Shown here piece after piece: positions 30,753-39,771 of a stretch of 64,000 nt of DNA (positions are counted from its first letter, which is position 1; each line of letters opens with the position of its first letter). Below the pieces are notes generated by a model. It saw nothing but the letters and a program-made list of their open reading frames with translations, was not told the origin of the DNA and ran no database searches. Location: contig JBMOPW010000012.1 in the NCBI GenBank assembly GCA_049322915.1, positions 1 to 64,000 of the forward strand. Direction: 5' to 3'. Source of the DNA: Candidatus Zhuqueibacterota bacterium. GTDB taxonomy: Bacteria > Zhuqueibacterota > Zhuqueibacteria > Thermofontimicrobiales > Thermofontimicrobiaceae. Position numbers and translations under genes: made by a program.

Positions 30753-32780
30753 TTATTGCCCTACAAATTCGGCAGTGACGCTCATCAGTTCCACGCTTTC
30801 CGCACCGGTGATCGGTCCGTTGTTAATGAATTGGGGGAACTGATTGGAAATCGTGTGATAGTGGTACAGGCCCAGCAGCACTTCGCCCTGATTCAGATAG
30901 AAGGTGCCGGCCTCGCGCAGCGCCAGATGGGGTGCGCCGGGATCGTCCGGCACCACCAGATCCTGTCCGGCGTTTGCCTCTTGCGGATACACAGTGCCCG
31001 TCGCATCCTTCAATCGGATGAAGAAGCTCTCATTTTTCTGGGAGTCGCCGCTGTTGTACCACACTTCAGCTTTCAATCGGTAATAACCTTCCTGAACCAC
31101 TGTAACCTGGCCGGCATTTTCAATCGATTTGGGAATGGTCGGATGCACCGCGCACACTTTTTTCACGACCGGGATGAACAGCGGCTCCACCTGCACTCCC
31201 ACCTCTTCCGCGGCCACAATCAGCGTCTCCGCAACCGTGGTCTGTCCGACTGCATTGTACGCGGTGGCCGTGATGACCCGCTCGCCTGCGGATTGGAAAA
31301 TGACTTCTGTCTTTCCGTTCAATCCGGGATGCTGCACATAATCCACATCCACCATCGTGGCATTGATGCTATGCCACTCAATTTTCACCGGCGCGCCGAC
31401 TTTGGCGCTATCCACCACCATCAGCGAAATGCTCGGTCGCTCTGGCATCTCCGGCTCATTCACCAGCACCGAATCGGTGACGATACTTTTTGTCCCGAAT
31501 TCGCTGTAGGCGGTTGCCGTGAACACCTTCATGCCCGGATTGGCGCATACGATTTCTTCATTTCCGAACGGCCCGCGCACACCAACGCCATGATCGATAA
31601 TCACCTGCGCGCCGTCGCTGCTCCAACTCAATTGAACCGGTTCGCCAAAGGCGACCTCGTGCGGCGACACTGTGAATTCCAGTGAAGGAAGCGTCGCCGC
31701 GTACACTGTCAGTGTATCGTCAGCGCTGCGTGCGCCGCCCGGGCCTTCCGCCTGAGCGCGAATCACGTACGTTCCCGGCGCGTCGAACGAAACCTGCCAT
31801 TGTCCGGTCAGTCCGGCATTGGGCACATAATCGACCGTCACATCCGTCGCATTGGCGGATGACCAGTGAATGACCGCCGTTTCATGAACCATGACGTGAT
31901 CCGGCTGCAACCACACACTGACCGTCGGCGCCTTTGCCGGTTCAGCGACCGGGTTGAAAATATACACACTATCCACCGCACTCACCTGTCCCGCTTCATT
32001 CCTGGCTGTGGCTTTAATGTAACGTATGCCCTCGGACTGAAACGCGATCTCCCGTTTGCCGCACAACCCGGGATTTTCAATATAGTCAATGTCAATGCCA
32101 TCGGCATTATTCGTCTCCCAGGAAATCAGCAGCGGTCGGCCCACCTGGGCTGAATCCGGCGCTGTCAGGACTAGTTCGGGCAGCGCCGGATCTTTCACCT
32201 TTTCCAATTGAAGATTCTTCACAACCACAATATCCACGCCCACTTCCACTGCCAGATACACCATCTTGAATCCCGGTTTTTCTGATTTCAGAAAATAACC
32301 GCCTGGCTCCAACACATACGCTTTTTCCCGTTCATAGAACAAATCGAGGATTTCGCTCCGGTTGTTCGTCAGATAGGTGACGGCCGAATCCTCATTGACG
32401 GTAATCAGCAACTGCCCCATATTCATCGGGATTTTCTCCAGCAGGGCTTCTAGAAAAACCAGCTTATCCGCTTCCACAGCCACGCTTTCACTATACAGCC
32501 CATAGCCGCTTTTCTGAACTCTCACTGCACATCGTCCCACCTGCACATCTTCTTTTGAAAAAGGCGTATAGCCCATGAATTGTGAATTGACAAATACCTC
32601 GGCGCTGTCCACTTTCTCCCCATTCTTGTCCGCGGCAGCGATGACAAGCTTCCCAAAGACTTCGCCCGGTTTCACGTCATCCTCTTCCGGATTCGTCGGC
32701 AGCGGTGCTTTGCTGCATCCCCAATTGAACAGCGTCAAAAAAATCATCCCAACAAACACACTCACCCTGATGCTCAGCAT
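30753..32780 (-). CDS. Lipoprotein with PEGA domain and four Ig/PKD-like repeats
   Basis: Lipobox NWGC; AEVFVN...GYTP...VRVQKSGY PEGA motif; four units P...P..(V)G....I.W....A....ID......G......F...G......TA; RBS GGGAGGG before ATG 32780. Confidence 0.75.
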   Translation of the reverse strand: MLSIRVSVFVGMIFLTLFNWGCSKAPLPTNPEEDDVKPGEVFGKLVIAAADKNGEKVDSAEVFVNSQFMGYTPFSKEDVQVGRCAVRVQKSGYGLYSESVAVEADKLVFLEALLEKIPMNMGQLLITVNEDSAVTYLTNNRSEILDLFYEREKAYVLEPGGYFLKSEKPGFKMVYLAVEVGVDIVVVKNLQLEKVKDPALPELVLTAPDSAQVGRPLLISWETNNADGIDIDYIENPGLCGKREIAFQSEGIRYIKATARNEAGQVSAVDSVYIFNPVAEPAKAPTVSVWLQPDHVMVHETAVIHWSSANATDVTVDYVPNAGLTGQWQVSFDAPGTYVIRAQAEGPGGARSADDTLTVYAATLPSLEFTVSPHEVAFGEPVQLSWSSDGAQVIIDHGVGVRGPFGNEEIVCANPGMKVFTATAYSEFGTKSIVTDSVLVNEPEMPERPSISLMVVDSAKVGAPVKIEWHSINATMVDVDYVQHPGLNGKTEVIFQSAGERVITATAYNAVGQTTVAETLIVAAEEVGVQVEPLFIPVVKKVCAVHPTIPKSIENAGQVTVVQEGYYRLKAEVWYNSGDSQKNESFFIRLKDATGTVYPQEANAGQDLVVPDDPGAPHLALREAGTFYLNQGEVLLGLYHYHTISNQFPQFINNGPITGAESVELMSVTAEFVGQ

Positions 32781-32797
32781 GGTATACCCCTCCCTGG

Positions 32798-33805
32798 TCA
32801 ATTCATCAAAAATTTGAAATTCGTATTAATCATCAATCCACTCACCCATCGCTCCGGTTCAATCAACGTGCTCATTCGGGCGATGGAATAACCGACATAG
32901 CCTTCGATGAATTTCCATTTGATCGAAGGACCGGCAGTCACTCCCAGAACCTTCATCGTCCACTCATCGGTCCTGGACAGGAATTCCCAGCCGGAAAACA
33001 GCCCGGACTTTATCTCAAATATCTCCTGCGGGAACAGCGCCATAGTGCCCATAATCAGTGCATCGCCGCGATCGCCGAATTCTGCCGGCTTGCTCCACGG
33101 CGTAAATCCGCCCTCGAACTCGAACGCCCAATATTTGCGCTTCAACGCGATTCCGATGCTGGGCACAGCCAGATCGTACCCTTGGCCGCCTGCCCAGGCC
33201 AGCATGCCGGTTTTGATCTCCCAATCATAACTCTCTGAGGACACGGTATTGTCGATTTGAATTCTGCCGTTCAACCCCAGCGAGTTCAGACTGTCACGGA
33301 TGGCTGCCAGCTGGTCGAGTTGACTCCGATTCCAGTCCGCCAATATATTCGCCAATGAATCGTTCATCGCCTGAAGCTGCTGAATATCCCGCTCCAGTTT
33401 GAAGAGGTCCGGCTTCTTCGGGCTCCACACCACCTTCACACCGCGAATGGGTTCATCGGTCACGCCAATCTCTCCCCAACCATACCGTTCCCGCAATCGG
33501 CTGGCGCGTTCCAATTTTTTCGCCTGATCCAGCGCCAGAGAAATCGCTTCATTCCTGTCCAGCGCTTTCCAACGCAGGGTATCTGCGCCGCCCAGAAAAA
33601 TCACTTCGATGTCGGTTCGCTGCATGAGTTTATCCAGCGCTTCGAGCGACAGATTGTCCAGCGACTCGTCCGCAGGATTGCCGCTTCCCGGACTATACGT
33701 CCTGATCCATATCGATCCGGCGTCCTGGCCAATGAGCGCACCGGGTAAAAGTAGCAACATCAGTATTCCGATCCACATCGTTTTCATTGAGTTCCCCATC
33801 ATCAC
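32798..33805 (-). CDS. Secreted hypothetical protein: OmpA-C-like N-domain, coiled coil, C-terminal beta-strand-rich (barrel-like) domain
   Basis: Signal peptide; IEVIFLGGAD...KKLERA resembles OmpA-C V.I.GHTD...LS..RA; heptad-rich middle; alternating aromatic/Gly strands to the C-terminus. Confidence 0.55.
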   Translation of the reverse strand: MMMGNSMKTMWIGILMLLLLPGALIGQDAGSIWIRTYSPGSGNPADESLDNLSLEALDKLMQRTDIEVIFLGGADTLRWKALDRNEAISLALDQAKKLERASRLRERYGWGEIGVTDEPIRGVKVVWSPKKPDLFKLERDIQQLQAMNDSLANILADWNRSQLDQLAAIRDSLNSLGLNGRIQIDNTVSSESYDWEIKTGMLAWAGGQGYDLAVPSIGIALKRKYWAFEFEGGFTPWSKPAEFGDRGDALIMGTMALFPQEIFEIKSGLFSGWEFLSRTDEWTMKVLGVTAGPSIKWKFIEGYVGYSIARMSTLIEPERWVSGLMINTNFKFLMN

Positions 33806-33919
33806 ATCCTCATCTTTTTGCTGTGTCGATTTTGAGTTACAAGACCAACGTGATTTGATTTCATCTGTTTTACGAATTTACTATTATTTCAGCTATTGAT
33901 GGTTGTTGTCTAATGTATT

Positions 33920-33935
33920 TGCAACTTTAATGCCA
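33920..33935 (-). promoter_or_regulatory. sigma54 (RpoN) -24/-12 promoter
   Basis: TGGCATTAAAGTTGCA with exact GG-N10-GC spacing, about 115 bp upstream of the 335 aa ORF. Confidence 0.65.
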
Positions 33936-34205
33936 TGATAAACGACACGACTCCGCCCCTTGAAAAATAGAGAATTACAGCCAATTGACCTGACAAAAAA
34001 GGCATTGAGCATCTTACATTTTTGTATTTTGGTGAAACAGGTGTTATAGAAACGTACGCCTGAGTGAGAACGTGGCGATGGAACAACCCGCACTCAATCT
34101 GACGTTGTCCAGCGAAATCTCCGCCCAAATATTGATGAGGCATAAACAGCTTGATTTCTCTCAACATCAATTGAAAAAACGGTGATTATTCAGGCATGAA
34201 TTCTT

Positions 34206-34508
34206 GCCTCTAAGTCACCAGGTCACGAAGTTACACGAAGATGGCAATGTCAATTTCAATTTCATTTTCATTCCCGGGTCGATTCGAAGAAGCCTTAAAA
34301 GGTTTTGCTACGTTGGGTATGATAACTTTTCCACGTCATCAATGACGTGGCAATTCATTGAAAAAGTTAAAAGTCAGGCACCTTGAATAGCCCTGCCTTT
34401 TAAGTCGGGGACTGTGAAATTCAATTTCATTTTTAAAACCAAATTCAGCTTTCCAGCATCGATAATGTCAGATGTCTCTTTTTCTTCGCGTCTTCGAGAC
34501 TTGGAGGC
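34206..34508. repeat. GCC...GGC periodic-end element containing internal palindromes
   Basis: GCCTCTAAGTCACCAGGTCACGAAG ... CTTCGCGTCTTCGAGACTTGGAGGC; internal CCACGTCAT-ca-ATGACGTGG (34331-34350) and duplicated TTCAATTTCATTTT. Confidence 0.55.
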
Positions 34509-34653
34509 TGATACGCTTCAAAAAATGAAGACGGATCCTTCCGCACGCATACCAAAGAACCACACACCAGCGGGACACGGGAACAGTCTTTCCCTCTGTT
34601 CGTTATACTTTCTGACATTGTCCCGGAGATTAATCACAAGCTGGAAAGCCACT

Positions 34654-35655
34654 ATGCCGGAAATGCACCGCATTAAGGAATTCATTGATCAGGCCACCCA
34701 ATCGATTCAGGCGCAGGGCGCGCTCTGGTCTCGCTTCATTCTTCTTTCGGAGCGCGATGGTTCTGCGGCTGAATTGAAACGCCGGCTGATCGCATCCCCG
34801 GAGATTCAGGCTGTCGTTCGGAGTCTGGCGGACGCCGAACATGGCCTTGCCTCGCTCTCCCGGCGTCCTGCTGATTTTTTCAACTATCACAGCTTTTACT
34901 GGCAACTTCGCTTTTTGGCAGATGTTGGATTGGCAGCCGACGAACTGGGGATCCTTCCGTGTATTCATCGGCTAGAATTGGACCAGCAAGAGGATGGCCA
35001 ATTTTCCCTGAGCTACATTGCAAAGAAACAGCTCTCCATCCAGTTGGTCTGCGTGACGGCGCACGTGACTTACTGCCTGATCAGATTGGGACTGGCCCGG
35101 GGACGGACCGTGGCAGCGGCCGTGAACTACTTCCTCTCAACGCAGCGCCGCGATGGCGGTTGGCATTGCGATCGCTCCCGCCAAAATGGGGAGGCCGAGG
35201 CTGATTTGCCCAGTTGTCCGGCCGCGACGATTCACGTGCTGAAAGCGCTGGGAAGCCTTCCGCAGCGACCAGCCATGCTGCGCACTTCCGGGCTTGATAT
35301 GTGCTTTGATTACTTCAACGAACCGGACCGGAATCTGTGCGAATACAGCGCCGAAGACGGCATTGCGCTCACGAAACTGCGCTATCCCCCCCATTTTTCC
35401 GGTCTGGACGTGTTGAACCTGCTGGACACTGCGACGCTGTTCGCTGAACCTGCCTATGCGACGCCAATCGACGCACTCATCGGATCCATCCTGAATCAAT
35501 GGGACGGCGCAGGTTGGCTCATCTCGCAGAAAAAAATCCCTGCCTGGACGGGTTTTGATTTCGGACGAAGCGGCCAAAAATCATCCTGGCTCACCAGTCT
35601 CGCCGTACGGGCAATGCAACGGGCCGTTGAATCAGAAGAAGCCCGGCGCCGATGA
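34654..35655 (+). CDS. Hypothetical protein with prenyltransferase/squalene-cyclase-like (alpha/alpha barrel) repeats
   Basis: QW-like motifs QQEDGQF, QRRDGGW, QWDGAGW; C-terminal G..S.WLT..A; upstream ORF extension runs through a repeat. Confidence 0.6.
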   Translation: MPEMHRIKEFIDQATQSIQAQGALWSRFILLSERDGSAAELKRRLIASPEIQAVVRSLADAEHGLASLSRRPADFFNYHSFYWQLRFLADVGLAADELGILPCIHRLELDQQEDGQFSLSYIAKKQLSIQLVCVTAHVTYCLIRLGLARGRTVAAAVNYFLSTQRRDGGWHCDRSRQNGEAEADLPSCPAATIHVLKALGSLPQRPAMLRTSGLDMCFDYFNEPDRNLCEYSAEDGIALTKLRYPPHFSGLDVLNLLDTATLFAEPAYATPIDALIGSILNQWDGAGWLISQKKIPAWTGFDFGRSGQKSSWLTSLAVRAMQRAVESEEARRR

Positions 35656-35912
35656 CGAATTTTCACCTCGCTCAGGGCTTATTTTCAAAGGACAAATTCA
35701 AGGTGAAAACCTGGACCAAAAGCACACGTTCGAAGGCATCCTTCTGAAAATTCCAAAATGATCATCAGCCCTTCTTCGTGGTCTTCGCGCCCTTCGTTTT
35801 GAGAGAGCATCTGCGATTCCATAATCATAATTTCCAGCAAATTTTTTTGTAAATTACGCTATTCGCGATTTGATGATAGCCAGGGCAAGGCCTGCTAAGT
35901 CCTATTTTTCAC

Positions 35913-35940
35913 TTGACATTCTTAGAATTATTCCTATATT
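35913..35940 (+). promoter_or_regulatory. sigma70-type promoter
   Basis: TTGACA-N16-TATATT. Confidence 0.6.
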
Positions 35941-36083
35941 ATGGATAAAAAAAATTCAACAATCGGTGAAGACGCTGTGCTCCTGGATGAAGTGGCCAGG
36001 CCATTGTTCTTCTCCTGCCATTCATTTCACTCGGTTCGGTTTCCGTTGCGATTCATTCATTAACCATTGGGGAGTGGAAATTC

Positions 36084-36743
36084 ATGGTTCTGCTTGGTGG
36101 ATTAAGCATTGTCGTCAGTGTGATTGGTCTGTACCTGCTGCTGTTCTCCTCGTTCAAATCCAACGACACGCCGCAAATGACCAGTAACATCATCATCAAG
36201 GCATCGAGGAAAATCAGGATGCATCGCGAGAAAAAAAGCGATGAGGAGCCGGACGCTGATAAACCGAATCCTCAGTTCATCCTGATCCTGGAGACAATTG
36301 TCCTGGGCGAACTTGTCGGGCTTTTTTTTCTGTGGCTCACGGACGATCCTCTGAAATATTCAGTGATACTTTTCAATGGCGTCACGTACCTGATCGCCTC
36401 GTTTCTCTGCTCCATTCTGACCCTGTTCAACGCCTGGCTGAAAAAGAAAATGCATCACATCTTCCGCATCGTGATGCAAATCGTCACCCTGGTCATTGGC
36501 ATTTTGCTGTTCAATTTTTCATCGGAAGAAGATGTCGTCATTCCGGCCGATTACATCACCGCGACCTATTATGCATTCTACATCACCGTTGTGGTGGCCT
36601 TGCTCACCATGCTGTTCAATGTGGTGCGCGGGAACAAAGAAGAGGAAGTTGAATTTAATTACAACAATTACCTGCTGCTGGTCATCGTCTCAGGTCTGGT
36701 CATTGGGGCGAGTTTGCATCTGGCACAAGTCCTTGTGAGCTGA
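36084..36743 (+). CDS. Hypothetical multi-pass membrane protein
   Basis: About six hydrophobic segments; downstream of a promoter and a GGGGAG RBS. Confidence 0.7.
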   Translation: MVLLGGLSIVVSVIGLYLLLFSSFKSNDTPQMTSNIIIKASRKIRMHREKKSDEEPDADKPNPQFILILETIVLGELVGLFFLWLTDDPLKYSVILFNGVTYLIASFLCSILTLFNAWLKKKMHHIFRIVMQIVTLVIGILLFNFSSEEDVVIPADYITATYYAFYITVVVALLTMLFNVVRGNKEEEVEFNYNNYLLLVIVSGLVIGASLHLAQVLVS

Positions 36744-36852
36744 CCGACGGCGCAGGCGTTTTTGATTATCACTCCGGCGCGCGGAAACACCGCGGCCAGG
36801 GTGCTTGTTTAATCCGCTGTTCAATATCTCAAATTTTTCGAAAGGACATCTT

Positions 36853-37659
36853 ATGAAAACACTCACCATCAGGATAGTGGCGCTGGCAATCATTCTCATG
36901 GCCATTGCCGGAAGCGCATCCCATGGGTTCGCTCAAAAGCAGTTTGAAGGATACTGGGAACAGGACGCCATCCGTCCGGCCATGCCGTTCAATACAAAGT
37001 CCACGACCACGGAGAAGGAAAAGACCTTCTATAAAACAGGTAAATTCAAGATCGAAAATCTGACCACCGGCTTGATCATTATTTTCCGGTTCGATAAAGA
37101 AGTCATGTGGACCGTGGATACCAAAAAGAAAACCTACACGGAAATGACCTTTGCCCAAATGGAAGCCATGAAAAATTCCATGGCCTCTTCCATGCAGGAA
37201 CAGATGAAAAATATGTCCGATGAACAAAAACAGATGATGGAAAAAATGATGGGCAAAAAATTCAAGTCCATGATGACCGGCGATCCGGCCGATCTGGAAA
37301 TTCAGGTCACCAAAACAGGCAAGTCAAAGACCCTGCTGGGTTACTCGTGCGACGAAGTGCTTCTCAAACTGAACGAAGAACCGATGATGGAAATGTGGAT
37401 CACCAACAAATTCCGCATGGGACAGGAGTACCTGGATCTGTACAAAAAAATGGGATTCATGAAAGGCGAATATACCGACGAAGTGAAGAAGATTCAGGGG
37501 ATACCATTGGCTTCGAAAACGACGATCGACGCCGGCATGGGCAAAATGGAAGTCAGCACCACAGTCACCAAAATCGTTGAGCAGTCGGTGCCGAACAGCG
37601 AATTTGATCTGCCCGCCGGCCTGAAGAAGACCGAACATCCCGGCATGAATATCAAGTAA
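36853..37659 (+). CDS. DUF4412-like secreted protein
   Basis: Signal peptide; KKKTYTEM, KTGKSKT.LGY.C, MWIT, G.PL, F..PAG.KK. Confidence 0.75.
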   Translation: MKTLTIRIVALAIILMAIAGSASHGFAQKQFEGYWEQDAIRPAMPFNTKSTTTEKEKTFYKTGKFKIENLTTGLIIIFRFDKEVMWTVDTKKKTYTEMTFAQMEAMKNSMASSMQEQMKNMSDEQKQMMEKMMGKKFKSMMTGDPADLEIQVTKTGKSKTLLGYSCDEVLLKLNEEPMMEMWITNKFRMGQEYLDLYKKMGFMKGEYTDEVKKIQGIPLASKTTIDAGMGKMEVSTTVTKIVEQSVPNSEFDLPAGLKKTEHPGMNIK

Positions 37660-37732
37660 ATTGACGCGTAATACCATTTTAACTTTTATGTGGCATCGAT
37701 AGGTGGCTGTTCCGTATCATCGCTGAATATCA

Positions 37733-37867
37733 GCCACGAAGACGCGAAGCCGCCAAGAGAGTAAAATACAAACAACGTGTACCGAATAATTCCTCTTGTT
37801 GAATTCATTTTCGGTAATGAATTACTAACTGCTCGAGGCAGGCTTGGTGTCCTGGCGCCTTTGAGGC
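37733..37867. repeat. GCC...GGC periodic-end intergenic element
   Basis: GCCACGAAGACGCGAAGCCGCCAAG ... CTTGGTGTCCTGGCGCCTTTGAGGC. Confidence 0.6.
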
Positions 37868-38137
37868 AAATAAATGATGCAATGAAGATTTCCAGATGCA
37901 AAATTCATCGGTATGCCACTCAAAGGTTAACATGATATATGATATCTCTGTTACTGCGCAGTCAAATCAACTTTATACCTGAGTGCGACGCCTTTTTGGA
38001 ATCAGATTCCATGATAGCTGGTACAATATGTTTGAAAATATGCGATCATAATTCTTACATTGATTTAGCGTAAAATATTTGATATTTTCAGATATAATTT
38101 AAGGCGTTCAACACGGATTTTTATTCGGGAATTCATT

Positions 38138-38395
38138 ATGCCAACAATATTATTAATAATGGGATGGCGATTCTATTTTTATGCGAACGAAAGAAATGAA
38201 CCAATTCACATTCATTGTAGAAAAGCTGATAAGGAATGTAAATACTGGATTGACACAGAGAATTTTAACATTGATGAAGCATATAGTCATAACATGAATA
38301 ATAAAGATAAACGTCAAGTAAAAAAAATAATATTTGAATATTTTGAATTTATCGAAAGTGAATGGGATAAATTCCAAAAGGAAAAAGAACAATGA
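38138..38395 (+). CDS. DUF4160 family protein (putative toxin)
   Basis: MPTIL...GWRFYFYANE.NEP.HIH....KYW; AT-rich. Confidence 0.85.
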   Translation: MPTILLIMGWRFYFYANERNEPIHIHCRKADKECKYWIDTENFNIDEAYSHNMNNKDKRQVKKIIFEYFEFIESEWDKFQKEKEQ

Positions 38396-38655
38396 AAAGA
38401 ATTCATCATGTTCAGAAAATTATATTCAAAGAAGATAGGATGTATTTAACAGTGGACGATAAAGACTATGTATTTCAAATTGAAAAAATTTCTAAACGAT
38501 TGTTAAATGCAACCGAAATTGAGAGGGAAAAATTTGAAATATCACCATCCGGATATGGGATACATTGGCCGTTAATTGATGAAGATTTATCAATTGATGG
38601 ATTGCTTGGAATAAAACATATTCCCTTTCAGAAAAACGAAATAGCTATTATGTAG
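38392..38655 (+). CDS. DUF2442 family protein (putative antitoxin)
   Basis: RL.NAT..ER..FEISPSGYGIHWP.IDEDLSI.GLL; ATGA overlap with the DUF4160 gene. Confidence 0.88.
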   Translation: MKRIHHVQKIIFKEDRMYLTVDDKDYVFQIEKISKRLLNATEIEREKFEISPSGYGIHWPLIDEDLSIDGLLGIKHIPFQKNEIAIM

Positions 38656-38929
38656 AAATTTTAACCGTTTATAAACATTAGTAGTATCCGCTCAATAATT
38701 GATTGCATCAGTAATAATACTTTGGTCAATATCCTCCCATTCGAAAGCAGGGACATCGACGGAATGAAGAGCTTGCCATTCAGCGGTTCCATTTATTGAG
38801 TGGATACCATTATCATTGCAAATGAGTATTTTGAAATCAAAACTAAATTGTACCAACGAGTCCGAAATACCGGGATATACAAAAGGATGGTATAGCGTCA
38901 GTATTTCTAAGATTGGACTAAAACCTTAT

Positions 38930-39510
38930 CACAATGAAAATTCAGCCGGCGCAGAAAACGCGCGGCTGACAGGCGCGTTGAAGGACGTTAGCAGAGAAGT
39001 AGTGTGAAGACGGGACAGAAGCCATTGAAAGGGCCACTAAGAATTTTGCTGTTTGTCCTGGGTTCGCTTTGTGTGGCTTTGGGCGTGCTTGGCATGTTCT
39101 TGCCAGTGTTGCCCACTACTCCCTTTCTGCTGCTGGCCGCCATCTGCTTCGCCCGCAGTTCGGAAAAGTCATATCATTGGCTAATGACCAACCGCTGGTG
39201 TGGAAAGTACATCAGTAACTATCGGGAAGGCAGAGGCATACCCCTCAAACAGAAGATAATCACCATCTTTTTTTTGTGGGTAACAATCGGGTCTACCGCC
39301 TGGTTTGCCATTTCGCAATGGTGGCTACGTTGGGTACTGCTTGGAATTGCTGCAAGCGTTACGATTCATCTGGTGAAGATGAAGACAAACAAATCGAAGC
39401 CATAGCCTGGTCCCTCGCTCCGGGAAAATGACTCATCTGAACAAGTAGCTTCAGAACCTTCAACAGGCATTTTTGAACGACAGACGCAGCGATGCCGGCA
39501 GAGGTTGAAA
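38930..39510 (+). mobile_element. Solitary integron-cassette-like unit carrying ybaN
   Basis: attC-like hairpin TCAGCCG...CGGCTGA followed by GTTGAAGG (38977); exact complement CCTTCAAC (39457) after the gene, then a GGCAT/ATGCC stem and GTTGAAA (39504). Confidence 0.5.
39004..39405 (+). CDS. ybaN: YbaN (DUF454) family inner membrane protein
   Basis: LGVLG.FLPVLPTTPFLLLAA.CFARSS. Confidence 0.9.
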   Translation: MKTGQKPLKGPLRILLFVLGSLCVALGVLGMFLPVLPTTPFLLLAAICFARSSEKSYHWLMTNRWCGKYISNYREGRGIPLKQKIITIFFLWVTIGSTAWFAISQWWLRWVLLGIAASVTIHLVKMKTNKSKP

Positions 39511-39771
39511 GCGTAGGGTCAAGCCTACCCAAAGCACCTGCAGACGACCGCCTGATCAAGAGTCCTGTTGTGCAGGAATCGTTTTGTGTCGTAGCTGCAG
39601 GTGTCTAATACAAACGATTAGCACTCGCTCCATTTATAATTTTTTTTCAGAAGCTATCATTACCCATTTTAACTGAGCAGATTTTTCTAGTACCAATTTT
39701 CTCAACGACACGAGGGGCAGCGTCAACTCGATGCTGCTTCTTTTTTTCGACAGCAGGTCATTTTATAATCG

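Noticed and set aside
34414..34653. N-terminal extension of the 413 aa ORF
   Set aside because: Runs through a repeat element; ATG 34654 is more plausible
38816..39007. 63 aa ORF upstream of ybaN
   Set aside because: Reads through the attC-like hairpin; at most a gene remnant, with no family recognised
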